Shown here one piece after another: positions 9,791 through 18,893 of a stretch of DNA of 32,000 nucleotides. Position numbers and translations under genes: made by a program. The stretch is from the NCBI RefSeq assembly GCF_003044035.1, contig NZ_NVQC01000036.1:30001-62000 (forward strand), written 5' to 3'. Source of the DNA: Candidatus Methylomirabilis limnetica. Lineage in GTDB: Bacteria; Methylomirabilota; Methylomirabilia; Methylomirabilales; Methylomirabilaceae. Position 1 is the stretch's first letter; each line of letters starts with the position of its first letter. Below the pieces are notes generated by a model. That model was not told the origin of the DNA and made no database searches. It saw nothing but the letters and a program-made list of their open reading frames with translations.

Positions 9791-9833
9791 CAGCTATCAG
9801 CTTTCAGTTGTCAGCTATCAACTGATAGCTGAC
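9791..9833. repeat. Family-F CAGCTATCAGC-type hairpin unit (frr-cdsA spacer)
   Basis: cagctatcagctttcagtt then a perfect 10-bp stem gtcagctatc / gatagctgac (9810-9833, loop aact). The same core recurs at 11804, 14328, 15571 and 27526. Confidence 0.75.
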
Positions 9834-9839
9834 AAGCAC

Positions 9840-11781
<1,942 letters not shown>

Positions 11782-11803
11782 CCTCACCCTCTTTCTTGGA
11801 AAA

Positions 11804-11890
11804 CAGCCATCAGCAATTAGCTTTCAGCTTCGGTCAGATACGCAACGCTTTCTCAGGGGAGCTGACACCTGATCGCTGAAAGTTAATCGC
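11804..11890. repeat. Family-F long imperfect hairpin (rpsB-tsf spacer)
   Basis: cagccatcagcaattagctttcagc ... gctgaaagttaatcgc form imperfect inverted arms around an inner gtcag...ctgac stem. Confidence 0.65.
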
Positions 11891-11901
11891 TCCGCTCGAT
11901 C

Positions 11902-12690
11902 TTAGAGCTGTTGAAGGACCTCCAGTGGTACATCACTCGAACTCGTTGCTTCTGACGAAGGGGCTAGCTGGGCTTCCTCAACAGCTACGTCCTCGGTAGC
12001 CTTCAGCCGTATGGCTCGGATCTCCTGGATAGCGTCAGCCATGCGGGCCGCCATCAGTCGAATGGCTCGAATCGCGTCGTCATTGCCAGGGATCGGGTAG
12101 TCCACCTCATCGGGGTCGCAGTTAGTGTCTACGACAGCGACGATCGGAATCCCGAGGCGCCTGGCCTCGCACACAGCGATCCGCTCCTTATTGGTGTCGA
12201 TCACAAAGATCGCACCGGGCAGTCGCTCCATCCCCTTAATCCCACCCAAGGCATATTCGAGCTTCCCGAGCTCCCGCTGTAGCTTTGCAACCTCTTTCTT
12301 CGTGAGGCGCTCGAACTCGCCATTGGCCTCCATCTCTTCAATGTGACGCAGCCGTTTCACGCTCTTCCTGACGGTTTGGAAGTTAGTGAGGGTCCCGCCC
12401 AACCAGCGATGGTTCACAAAGAATTGCTCACAGCGAGTGGCCTCCTGCTCGATCACATCGGCGGCCTGTTTTTTTGTTCCGACAAATACGATTGGCAGGC
12501 CGTCGGCCGCCACACCGCTTAAAAACTCAACAGCTTCGTGAAATTTCTTCAGGGTTTTTTGCAGATCGATGATGTAGATACTGTTCTGTTCTCCAAAGAT
12601 ATACTTCTTCATCTTCGGATTCCAACGCTTGGTCTGATGCCCGAAGTGGACCCCCGCTTCCAACAGCTCCTTAATAGTGACCGTCGCCAC
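11902..12690 (-). CDS. rpsB: 30S ribosomal protein S2
   Basis: 262 aa, [27 protein letters not shown].... GTG start preceded by GGAGGAG. Confidence 0.96.
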   Translation of the reverse strand: MATVTIKELLEAGVHFGHQTKRWNPKMKKYIFGEQNSIYIIDLQKTLKKFHEAVEFLSGVAADGLPIVFVGTKKQAADVIEQEATRCEQFFVNHRWLGGTLTNFQTVRKSVKRLRHIEEMEANGEFERLTKKEVAKLQRELGKLEYALGGIKGMERLPGAIFVIDTNKERIAVCEARRLGIPIVAVVDTNCDPDEVDYPIPGNDDAIRAIRLMAARMADAIQEIRAIRLKATEDVAVEEAQLAPSSEATSSSDVPLEVLQQL

Positions 12691-12856
12691 GTCGCTCCTC
12701 CGTTCGGCTGGGCTTTTCGCGCAGCCCTCTAGGTTTTTGTACCCTCCGCCCTCGTCATCTCCCTACAAGGCCCCTACGCAACTGGTGGGGGCACCCTTCC
12801 AGGAATCAGAGGACGTGTGAATTTAGTGCAAGCTCTTTGTCCGTTAACAGCCAATA

Positions 12857-12886
12857 CTTATACCACGTCAGAGCAGATAGGAACAA
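12857..12886 (-). promoter_or_regulatory. Candidate rpsB promoter (TTGTTC-18 nt-TATAAG)
   Basis: Minus-strand TTGTTC (12886-12881), an 18-nt spacer, then TATAAG (12862-12857). It would give a leader of about 160 nt. Pattern match only. Confidence 0.3.
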
Positions 12887-12905
12887 GAGAAAACAAGGCA
12901 GAACT

Positions 12906-13064
12906 GTAACCATTCAGTTGTGGGTGGAAAATCTCCCCTAGCCCCTCTTTTCCAAAGAGGGGGACTACCCGTTTCCCCCTTTGAAAAAGGGGGATTAAGG
13001 GGGATTTTATAAAAACATACCACATTTTATTTTAATGATCTCCCCCCTCTCACTGAATGGTTAC
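12906..13064 (-). mobile_element. Family-B MITE, copy 2 (159 bp), inverted relative to copy 1, with a perfect 8-bp TSD
   Basis: Has the same 13-bp TIRs. It is flanked by identical GCAGAACT at 12898-12905 and 13065-13072. Confidence 0.9.
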
Positions 13065-13077
13065 GCAGAACTCGCAA

Positions 13078-13106
13078 TGACACCTCACGGGCGGCGTGAG
13101 GTGTCA
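13078..13106 (-). terminator. Perfect 12-bp hairpin overlapping the argJ stop codon (terminator-like)
   Basis: tgacacctcacg-ggcgg-cgtgaggtgtca. On the minus strand the TGA stop is the first 3 nt of the stem. The downstream tail TTGCGAGTTCTGCG is only moderately U-rich. Confidence 0.5.
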
Positions 13107-14321
13107 GCTCCGGTAGCCGGCGTTGATTCTGGCATACGCTTCGCTCAGATCGGTAGTCAGGACGGCCGCTTGTCCTGTGCCTTTGTGTAAATCAATGGTC
13201 AGGTCAAACTCGGGGCGGCGCATTCGTACGGCTGCCCGTCGCTCTGCCGCCGCCCCTAGACCGACACCCTTCCGGACCACAGGAATTCTATCCAGCGCGA
13301 TCTCCACGCAGTTGGGGTCGAATCGGATCCCAGAGGCACCGAGGGCGGCCATGATCCGCCCCCAATTACAATCCTCCCCGAAGAAGGCCGTCTTGACAAG
13401 CGCGGAGTTAGCGACCGCCATCGCCGCAACCCTGGCATCGTGCGCCGTTCGCGATCCCCTCACCTCTACCCGAATGAGTTTAGTCGCCCCTTCCCCATCT
13501 TTTACAATCATGTAGGCCAGGCGAGAGAGAATCTGAAAGAGCGCCTCTTCAAATACGTCTAACTGCGGAGTGCCGGCCTTTATAGGCGGCGCATCGCTCA
13601 TTCCATTAGCAAACAGTAAGACGATATCGTTCGTACTCATGCAGCCGTCCACCGTGATGGCATTGAACGTATCCCCGACTGCTCGCCGTAGAACCCGGCG
13701 CAAAAGAGGGGCAGAGACCCGGGCGTCGGTGCCGACGAAACAGAGCATCGTGGCCAGATTGGGCGCGATCATTCCGGATCCCTTTGCCATTCCACCGATG
13801 ACGATGGGTTTGCCGTCCAGTTCAAAGCGGACCGCTACCTCCTTTTGCTGGGTGTCGGTGGTCATGATAGCCCTGGCTGCTGCCTCGCCACCTGTGACCG
13901 AGAGACGCCCGAGGGCCTCGCGAATTCCCGAGAGAACCTTGGAGATTGGAAGCCGTTTGCCGATCACCCCGGTGGAGGCAACAAAGACTTCACCTGTCGG
14001 ACGACCCAGGAGCTGTGCTAGTCGATCGCGCGTCTGCGCTGCGTCCAGTGCGCCCTGACGGCCGGTGCAGGCGTTTGCATTACCGCTATTGGCCACGATC
14101 GCTGAGAATTTGCCGCCCTTCAGTTGCCGCTCGCAGAGGAGCACCGGTGCAGCCTTGGTCTGATTGGTCGTCGTCACCCCGGCCACGGTAGCGGGCCGAT
14201 CCGACACGATGAGGGCGAGGTCGAGCGCGGATTTTTTGATGCCGCAGCAGATTCCAGCGGCCCTGATACCCTTGACCGCCGTGATCCCACCTGCAATGTC
14301 CCGTATCGTTGGCTGTTTCAA
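13104..14321 (-). CDS. argJ: Bifunctional ornithine acetyltransferase / N-acetylglutamate synthase
   Basis: 405 aa. GGITAVKGIRAAGICCGIKK N-terminus and the autoprocessing site NLATMLCFVGTDA. Apparent TTG start. Confidence 0.93.
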   Translation of the reverse strand: MKQPTIRDIAGGITAVKGIRAAGICCGIKKSALDLALIVSDRPATVAGVTTTNQTKAAPVLLCERQLKGGKFSAIVANSGNANACTGRQGALDAAQTRDRLAQLLGRPTGEVFVASTGVIGKRLPISKVLSGIREALGRLSVTGGEAAARAIMTTDTQQKEVAVRFELDGKPIVIGGMAKGSGMIAPNLATMLCFVGTDARVSAPLLRRVLRRAVGDTFNAITVDGCMSTNDIVLLFANGMSDAPPIKAGTPQLDVFEEALFQILSRLAYMIVKDGEGATKLIRVEVRGSRTAHDARVAAMAVANSALVKTAFFGEDCNWGRIMAALGASGIRFDPNCVEIALDRIPVVRKGVGLGAAAERRAAVRMRRPEFDLTIDLHKGTGQAAVLTTDLSEAYARINAGYRS

Positions 14322-14327
14322 TGAAGT

Positions 14328-14396
14328 GCAGCTTTCAGCGGTCAGCTATCAGCCGTCAGCAAAAGCCGATTGCTGAATGCTGAACGCTGATAACTC
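14328..14396. repeat. Family-F hairpin unit (argC-argJ spacer)
   Basis: gcagctttcagcggtcagctatcagccgtcagc...gctgaatgctgaacgctgataa form imperfect inverted arms. Confidence 0.65.
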
Positions 14397-14410
14397 TCCA
14401 AAGGCAGAGG

Positions 14411-15493
14411 TTAGGGGAAGAGCGGGGGGAGTCGCAACCCCGTTCGTTCGTCGAGACCCATCATCACGTTCATTGCCTGAATCGCCTGTCCAGAAGCGCC
14501 CTTGACAAGATTGTCGATGGCTACCACGACGATGACGCGCCGTGTCCTGGCATCGACGGCGAGGCCGATATCGCAGAAGTTGGAACCGCGCACCTGCTTG
14601 GTCTCAGGAAACCGGCCATCAGGGAGGATCCTCACGAATGGCTCGTCCTGATACCAGCTCTGGTAGAGCGTGCGTAGTTCCTTCACATCTTTAGAGGTCA
14701 CAAGGGTGGCGGTGATGGTGGCCAGGATCCCTCGGACCGTTCCCACCAGGTGCGGCGTAAACGTGACCATCACATCCCGGCCGATACAGCGGCTCAGTTC
14801 CTGCTCAATCTCCGGCATATGCCGGTGGCACGCGACCTTGTACGCCTTCACGTTCCCCTCTAACTCGGCGAAGTGCAGCGGAAGGTCTAGCTTCCGCCCT
14901 GCGCCTGAGGCGCCGGAGATCGCGTCAATGACCAGGGAGCACGGGTCGACGACCTCCCGTTTCAACAGGGGGAACAGCCCAAGCAGGACAGCCGTGGGGT
15001 AGCAGCCTGGCGCCGCCGCCAGTCGCGCGGTGGTAAGCTGCTGGCGATAGAACTCTGGAAGGGCATAGACCGCTTCTTTCAGCAGCTCTGGCGCCGCATG
15101 ATCTGCACCATACCACTGGCGATAGACGGCGGGATCGCGTAGACGAAAATCAGCGCTCAGATCAATGACCTTTACACCTAAGGGCAGCAACTCGACTGCT
15201 GCGGCCATCGCGGTCTTGTGTGGCACGGCCAGGAAGACCACGTCAGCATGCTTCGCCACCTCACGCGGATCGAACTTTTTGCATGTCAGCTTGAGCATGC
15301 CAAAGAGGCTGGGGAGCACCTCTTCGATCGGCGAATCCGCATAACTCTCCGAGGTAAGCGCGGTGATCTCTACAGCCGGATGGTTGATGAGGAGACGGAG
15401 AAGCTCCATGCCAGTATAACCGCTGGCTCCGACCACTGCGACCCGGATCTTCTGCCCTGTATCATCCATCTGCGGGTTCATAAACACAGCCAT
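14411..15493 (-). CDS. argC: N-acetyl-gamma-glutamyl-phosphate reductase
   Basis: 360 aa. KIRVAVVGASGYTG Rossmann N-terminus and the active-site region PGCYPTA. Several in-frame ATGs lie near the 5' end, so the exact start is uncertain. Confidence 0.93.
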   Translation of the reverse strand: MAVFMNPQMDDTGQKIRVAVVGASGYTGMELLRLLINHPAVEITALTSESYADSPIEEVLPSLFGMLKLTCKKFDPREVAKHADVVFLAVPHKTAMAAAVELLPLGVKVIDLSADFRLRDPAVYRQWYGADHAAPELLKEAVYALPEFYRQQLTTARLAAAPGCYPTAVLLGLFPLLKREVVDPCSLVIDAISGASGAGRKLDLPLHFAELEGNVKAYKVACHRHMPEIEQELSRCIGRDVMVTFTPHLVGTVRGILATITATLVTSKDVKELRTLYQSWYQDEPFVRILPDGRFPETKQVRGSNFCDIGLAVDARTRRVIVVVAIDNLVKGASGQAIQAMNVMMGLDERTGLRLPPLFP

Positions 15494-15500
15494 CAGCGAT

Positions 15501-15551
15501 GTAGGGGCGCTGCTTGCTGCGCCCCTATTGGGCAGGGCAAGCTGCCACTAC
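15501..15551 (+). repeat. Family-E GC-rich element, copy 2
   Basis: gtaggggcgctgcttgctgcgcccctattgggcagggcaagctgccactac. Same orientation as 4777-4830. Confidence 0.7.
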
Positions 15552-15557
15552 ACTACC

Positions 15558-15615
15558 CACTCAAAACATAAGCGGCCAGCCATCAGCAAAAGCTACCTGC
15601 TGAAAGCTGGCCGCT
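15558..15615 (-). terminator. Terminator-like family-F hairpin after rpsI
   Basis: Perfect outer 10-bp stem agcggccagc/gctggccgct (15571-15615) plus an inner cagca/tgctg stem. On the minus strand it is followed by TATGTTTTGAG. Confidence 0.5.
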
Positions 15616-15630
15616 GATCGCTTCTAACGA

Positions 15631-16029
15631 TTAGCGCTTTGAGAATTGGAACCGTGCGCGAGCTCCCTTCTGACCATATTTCCTCCGCTCCTTCGATCGA
15701 GGATCCCTCGTCAGGAGCCCGGCCTTCCGAAGCGTCGGCCGCAAGGAGGCGTCTACTACCAAGAGGGCGCGGGCGATGCCAAGCCGAATGGCACCAGCCT
15801 GACCAGTCAACCCCCCGCCGGATACGTTGACACGCAGGTCGAACTTCCCTTCCACGCCTACCGTTTTCAGAGGCTGAACGGCCAAGGTTTGATTGGTCGC
15901 ACGGCAAAAGTACTCCTGCAGGGGTCGCCGGTTGACCATCATCTTCCCTTCACCGGGCGAAAGCCATACCCTCGCTACAGACGCCTTTCTCCGGCCAGTC
16001 CCATATAACAACGCAGCTTCCTCTGGCAT
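15631..16029 (-). CDS. rpsI: 30S ribosomal protein S9
   Basis: 132 aa ending ...[20 protein letters not shown]. Confidence 0.96.
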   Translation of the reverse strand: MPEEAALLYGTGRRKASVARVWLSPGEGKMMVNRRPLQEYFCRATNQTLAVQPLKTVGVEGKFDLRVNVSGGGLTGQAGAIRLGIARALLVVDASLRPTLRKAGLLTRDPRSKERRKYGQKGARARFQFSKR

Positions 16030-16038
16030 GGCTGAAAT

Positions 16039-16488
16039 TTATACCTCCTGTATAGTCTTGCTGACAAATGGTGTCGGCTGCTGCGACGCATGCGGATGAG
16101 TGGGGCCGGCGTACACCTTGAGTTTGCGAAAGAGCGCAGCGCCCAACTTCGTTTTGGGCAACATCCCGCGGACAGCGGCCTCGAGGATCCTTGTTGGGTG
16201 AGTTCTCATCATCTGTGCAGCCGAGGTCGTCTTCAGCCCGCCAGGAAAGCCCGAATGGCGGTAGTAGAGCTTATCCTTCAGCTTATGTCCCGTTAACACT
16301 ACTCGCTCAGCATTCACAATCACCACGAAGTCACCGGTGTCCATGTGCGGACTGAAGATCGGCTTGTGCTTCCCTCGCAGGAGCACAGCCACCTCAGTAG
16401 CCAGCCTCCCAAGCACTAGTCCCTCCGCGTCGATTAGAAGCCACCGCCTATCAATATCTTCTACGTGCTGATGAATGGTCTTCGTCAT
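16039..16488 (-). CDS. rplM: 50S ribosomal protein L13
   Basis: 149 aa, ...[35 protein letters not shown].... SD GAGGAG lies upstream of the ATG. Confidence 0.96.
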   Translation of the reverse strand: MTKTIHQHVEDIDRRWLLIDAEGLVLGRLATEVAVLLRGKHKPIFSPHMDTGDFVVIVNAERVVLTGHKLKDKLYYRHSGFPGGLKTTSAAQMMRTHPTRILEAAVRGMLPKTKLGAALFRKLKVYAGPTHPHASQQPTPFVSKTIQEV

Positions 16489-16531
16489 GTGCCAAGCGCT
16501 CCTCTCACGATTGCGATCTCAAATTCGTTAT

Positions 16532-16560
16532 ACAGTAATGACGAGAGTAAAATATGTCAA
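16532..16560 (-). promoter_or_regulatory. Candidate rplM-rpsI promoter (TTGACA-17 nt-TACTGT)
   Basis: Minus-strand TTGACA (16560-16555), a 17-nt spacer, then TACTGT (16537-16532), about 45 nt upstream of the ATG. Pattern match only. Confidence 0.45.
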
Positions 16561-16637
16561 GTAAAAAAGAGCCAGGCAGTCGGCAACGATACCATTATTT
16601 ATGGAATTCCATCACCGAATACGCTATTCTGAATTCC

Positions 16638-16812
16638 ACCCCGCAGCAAGCTGTTGGGTATCGTCTTCTGTTCTGGCCCGTCATTCCGTGCTTGACGAGC
16701 CTGCCCCGTACTTGATACGGGGGAATCCAGTCGGGCCCTCTGGATACCGGCTTCCGCCGGTATGACGAACTCGCGGCAAGCCGCAGGGAATGAACCCCCC
16801 AGTGGATTCAAG
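16638..16812 (+). repeat. Family-A multi-hairpin element, copy 2 (175 bp, full length)
   Basis: Contains ccccgta-cttga-tacgggg, atccag...ctggat and ataccggc-ttcc-gccggtat hairpins. About 90% identical to 18709-18881. ORF 16599..16811 (-) is spurious. Confidence 0.85.
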
Positions 16813-16840
16813 TTCTAATATGTGGTGACGGGAGAGAATA

Positions 16841-17104
16841 ATGTTCGGTCTGGGAATGCCGGAGTTGTTGATCATCTTCTTGATCGCGCTTGTTGTCTTT
16901 GGCGCTGCAAAATTGCCCCAGATCGGCAAATCCCTCGGCGGGGCGATTCGCGAGTTTAAGAAGTCGATCGAGGCACCACACAAAGAGGAGCCGACTGCGC
17001 CCCCCGATGAGATCGTCTGCAGCCAATGTCGCCAACCGCTCCAGAAAGACTGGATCACCTGCCCTCACTGCGGGATGAAACAGGAGGGAAAATCGGGGGT
17101 CTAG
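16841..17104 (+). CDS. tatA: TatA/E-family twin-arginine translocase subunit with a C-terminal CxxC-X10-CxxC zinc-ribbon tail
   Basis: 87 aa. MFGLGMPELLIIFLIALVVFGAAKLPQIGKSLGGAIREFKKSI is a canonical TatA TM segment plus amphipathic helix. The tail is ...IVCSQCRQPLQKDWITCPHCGMKQ. SD GGGAGAG lies upstream. Confidence 0.9.
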   Translation: MFGLGMPELLIIFLIALVVFGAAKLPQIGKSLGGAIREFKKSIEAPHKEEPTAPPDEIVCSQCRQPLQKDWITCPHCGMKQEGKSGV

Positions 17105-17865
17105 AGATTTCGCTCATAGATGATCCGTAGGCCGGTCAGCGTTAGCAGTGGGTCCACGTGCTTAACGATTGACGACTCGGCAAGGATCAGGTGGGCAAGA
17201 CCTCCTGTACCGATCACAATGGGATCACCCCCCATCTCTTCGCGCATCCGCGTCACGATCCCTTCAACCAGCCCTAGATAACCGAAGAACAGGCCGGATT
17301 GCATACTGGCCACTGTCGTTTTTCCCACCACAGTGTTCGGCTTGGCGATATCGATCCGTGGCAACTTGGCCGTCCGCTCAAAGAGGGCCTCGGCGGCGAT
17401 CCCGATACCTGGGGCGATGACGCCTCCAAGATACTCCCCCTTAGCCGAGACCGCATCAAAGGTGGTGGCAGTGCCAAAATCTACCACAATCGCCGGGCCG
17501 CCGTAGGCCTCGAACGCAGCCACCGCATTGACAATCCGGTCGGCACCCACCTCTCGCGGGCTGTCGTATAGGATCGGCATGCCGGTCTTGATCCCCAGAC
17601 CGACAATCAGGGGAACGATCCGGAAATAGCGATGGGCCATCTCTTCCAAGGATGACTGAAGCGGCGGGACCACCGAGGCGATAATGATGGCTGAGATCTG
17701 GTCCACCTCCAACTCGGCGAGGTGTAACAGATTTCTAATCAACATCCCGTACTCGTCTCCGGTCCCATCACGCCGAGTGCTGAGACGCCAGTGCATCCGG
17801 AGCTCCTTGCCCTCGAACACCCCAACCACCGTATTAGTATTTCCCACGTCCAACGCGAGCAACAT
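17101..17865 (-). CDS. coaX: Type III pantothenate kinase
   Basis: 254 aa, MLLALDVGNTNTVVGVF... and ...VVDFGTATTFD motifs. Confidence 0.93.
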   Translation of the reverse strand: MLLALDVGNTNTVVGVFEGKELRMHWRLSTRRDGTGDEYGMLIRNLLHLAELEVDQISAIIIASVVPPLQSSLEEMAHRYFRIVPLIVGLGIKTGMPILYDSPREVGADRIVNAVAAFEAYGGPAIVVDFGTATTFDAVSAKGEYLGGVIAPGIGIAAEALFERTAKLPRIDIAKPNTVVGKTTVASMQSGLFFGYLGLVEGIVTRMREEMGGDPIVIGTGGLAHLILAESSIVKHVDPLLTLTGLRIIYERNL

Positions 17866-17871
17866 TAGTCT

Positions 17872-18684
17872 CTACCCCGTAAGCGTCACATCACCGGCAA
17901 GCAGGCGATGTGACGCGCCCATTGCGTCGCGGATCACCAGTCGCCCATCGTCGTCAAGCTCTACCGCGAGACCGGAAATTTCCTGATCGCCGAAGCGGGC
18001 CGTGACCTGCCGACCCAGGGTCAGACAACGGCGCCGGGCATGCTCAAGAATAGGCAGGGGTCCATCGCACAAGAACCGCTCGTACCACCCGTCGAGGCTC
18101 TCACAAAATGCCCGCACTATCGCTGTTCGATCTACGGGATGGCCGGCCTCAGCTCGGAGCGAACTGGCAGTCTGGCGTAGCTCCCCATCGAAGTCCGCCT
18201 CGGTCTGATTCACGTTGATGCCGATCCCCAGGATGACATGAAGGAGGCGGGAGCCCTCGACAGCCATCTCGCCAAGCATTCCCCCCACCTTTCGCCCATT
18301 CACGATTAGATCGTTCGGCCACTTGATCGCTGTGACAAGCCCTGTCGTCCGCTCAATGGCCTCGGTCCCCGCCACCGCACCCATGAGGGTAAGCACGGGG
18401 GCATCGTGCGGCGGGATCGTCGGCCTTAGGATGACAGAGAGATAGAGACCCAGCCCCTTAGGCGACTGCCACCGGCGGCCTATCCGACCGCGCCCCAGCC
18501 GCTGCGCCTCCGCAATGACGATCGCCCCATCCGTCTCACCACTGCCGGCCAGCGCCGCTGCTTCGTCGTTCGTCGAATCGACCTCCTGGAACAAGTGGAT
18601 GGTGGTCCCGATCCGCCGCGTACTCAGGCCGGCCCGAATCGCCGACTGCTGTAATGGCTCCAAAACCTCCAAAGAGCTTCTCAT
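17872..18684 (-). CDS. birA: Biotin--[acetyl-CoA-carboxylase] ligase (group I, no N-terminal HTH)
   Basis: GRGRIGRRWQSP biotin-binding motif. Start placed at ATG 18684 (GAGGTGG upstream). The ORF track's longer start at 18732 lies inside repeat copy 18709-18881. Confidence 0.88.
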   Translation of the reverse strand: MRSSLEVLEPLQQSAIRAGLSTRRIGTTIHLFQEVDSTNDEAAALAGSGETDGAIVIAEAQRLGRGRIGRRWQSPKGLGLYLSVILRPTIPPHDAPVLTLMGAVAGTEAIERTTGLVTAIKWPNDLIVNGRKVGGMLGEMAVEGSRLLHVILGIGINVNQTEADFDGELRQTASSLRAEAGHPVDRTAIVRAFCESLDGWYERFLCDGPLPILEHARRRCLTLGRQVTARFGDQEISGLAVELDDDGRLVIRDAMGASHRLLAGDVTLTG

Positions 18685-18708
18685 AGCCACCTCAAGCCTC
18701 AATGAACT

Positions 18709-18881
18709 ACCCCGCAGCAAGCTGCGGGGCATCGTCTTCTGTTCTGACCCGTCATTCCGTGCTTGACACGCCTGCCCCGTACTGGATACGGGGGAATCCA
18801 GTCGGGCCCTCTGGATACCGGCTTCCGCCGGTATGACGAACTCGCGGCAAGCTGCGGGGAATACCCCCCAGCAGATTCAAT
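18709..18881 (+). repeat. Family-A multi-hairpin element, copy 3 (173 bp)
   Basis: Begins with the perfect hairpin ccccgcagcaagctgcgggg. The rest aligns with copy 2. It fills the valS-birA spacer. ORF 18752..18970 (-) is spurious. Confidence 0.85.
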
Positions 18882-18893
18882 ATCTGCCTACCG

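Noticed and set aside
12691-12856. Possible structured rpsB leader (S2 autoregulation)
   Set aside because: Several short stems can be drawn (for example gggctgcgcgaaaagccc), but I cannot recognise a conserved leader motif by eye. A covariance-model search would be needed.
16681-17068. Minus-strand ORFs 16681..17058 and 16808..17068
   Set aside because: They are antisense to tatA (a canonical TatA sequence with a good SD) and extend into repeat copy 2.
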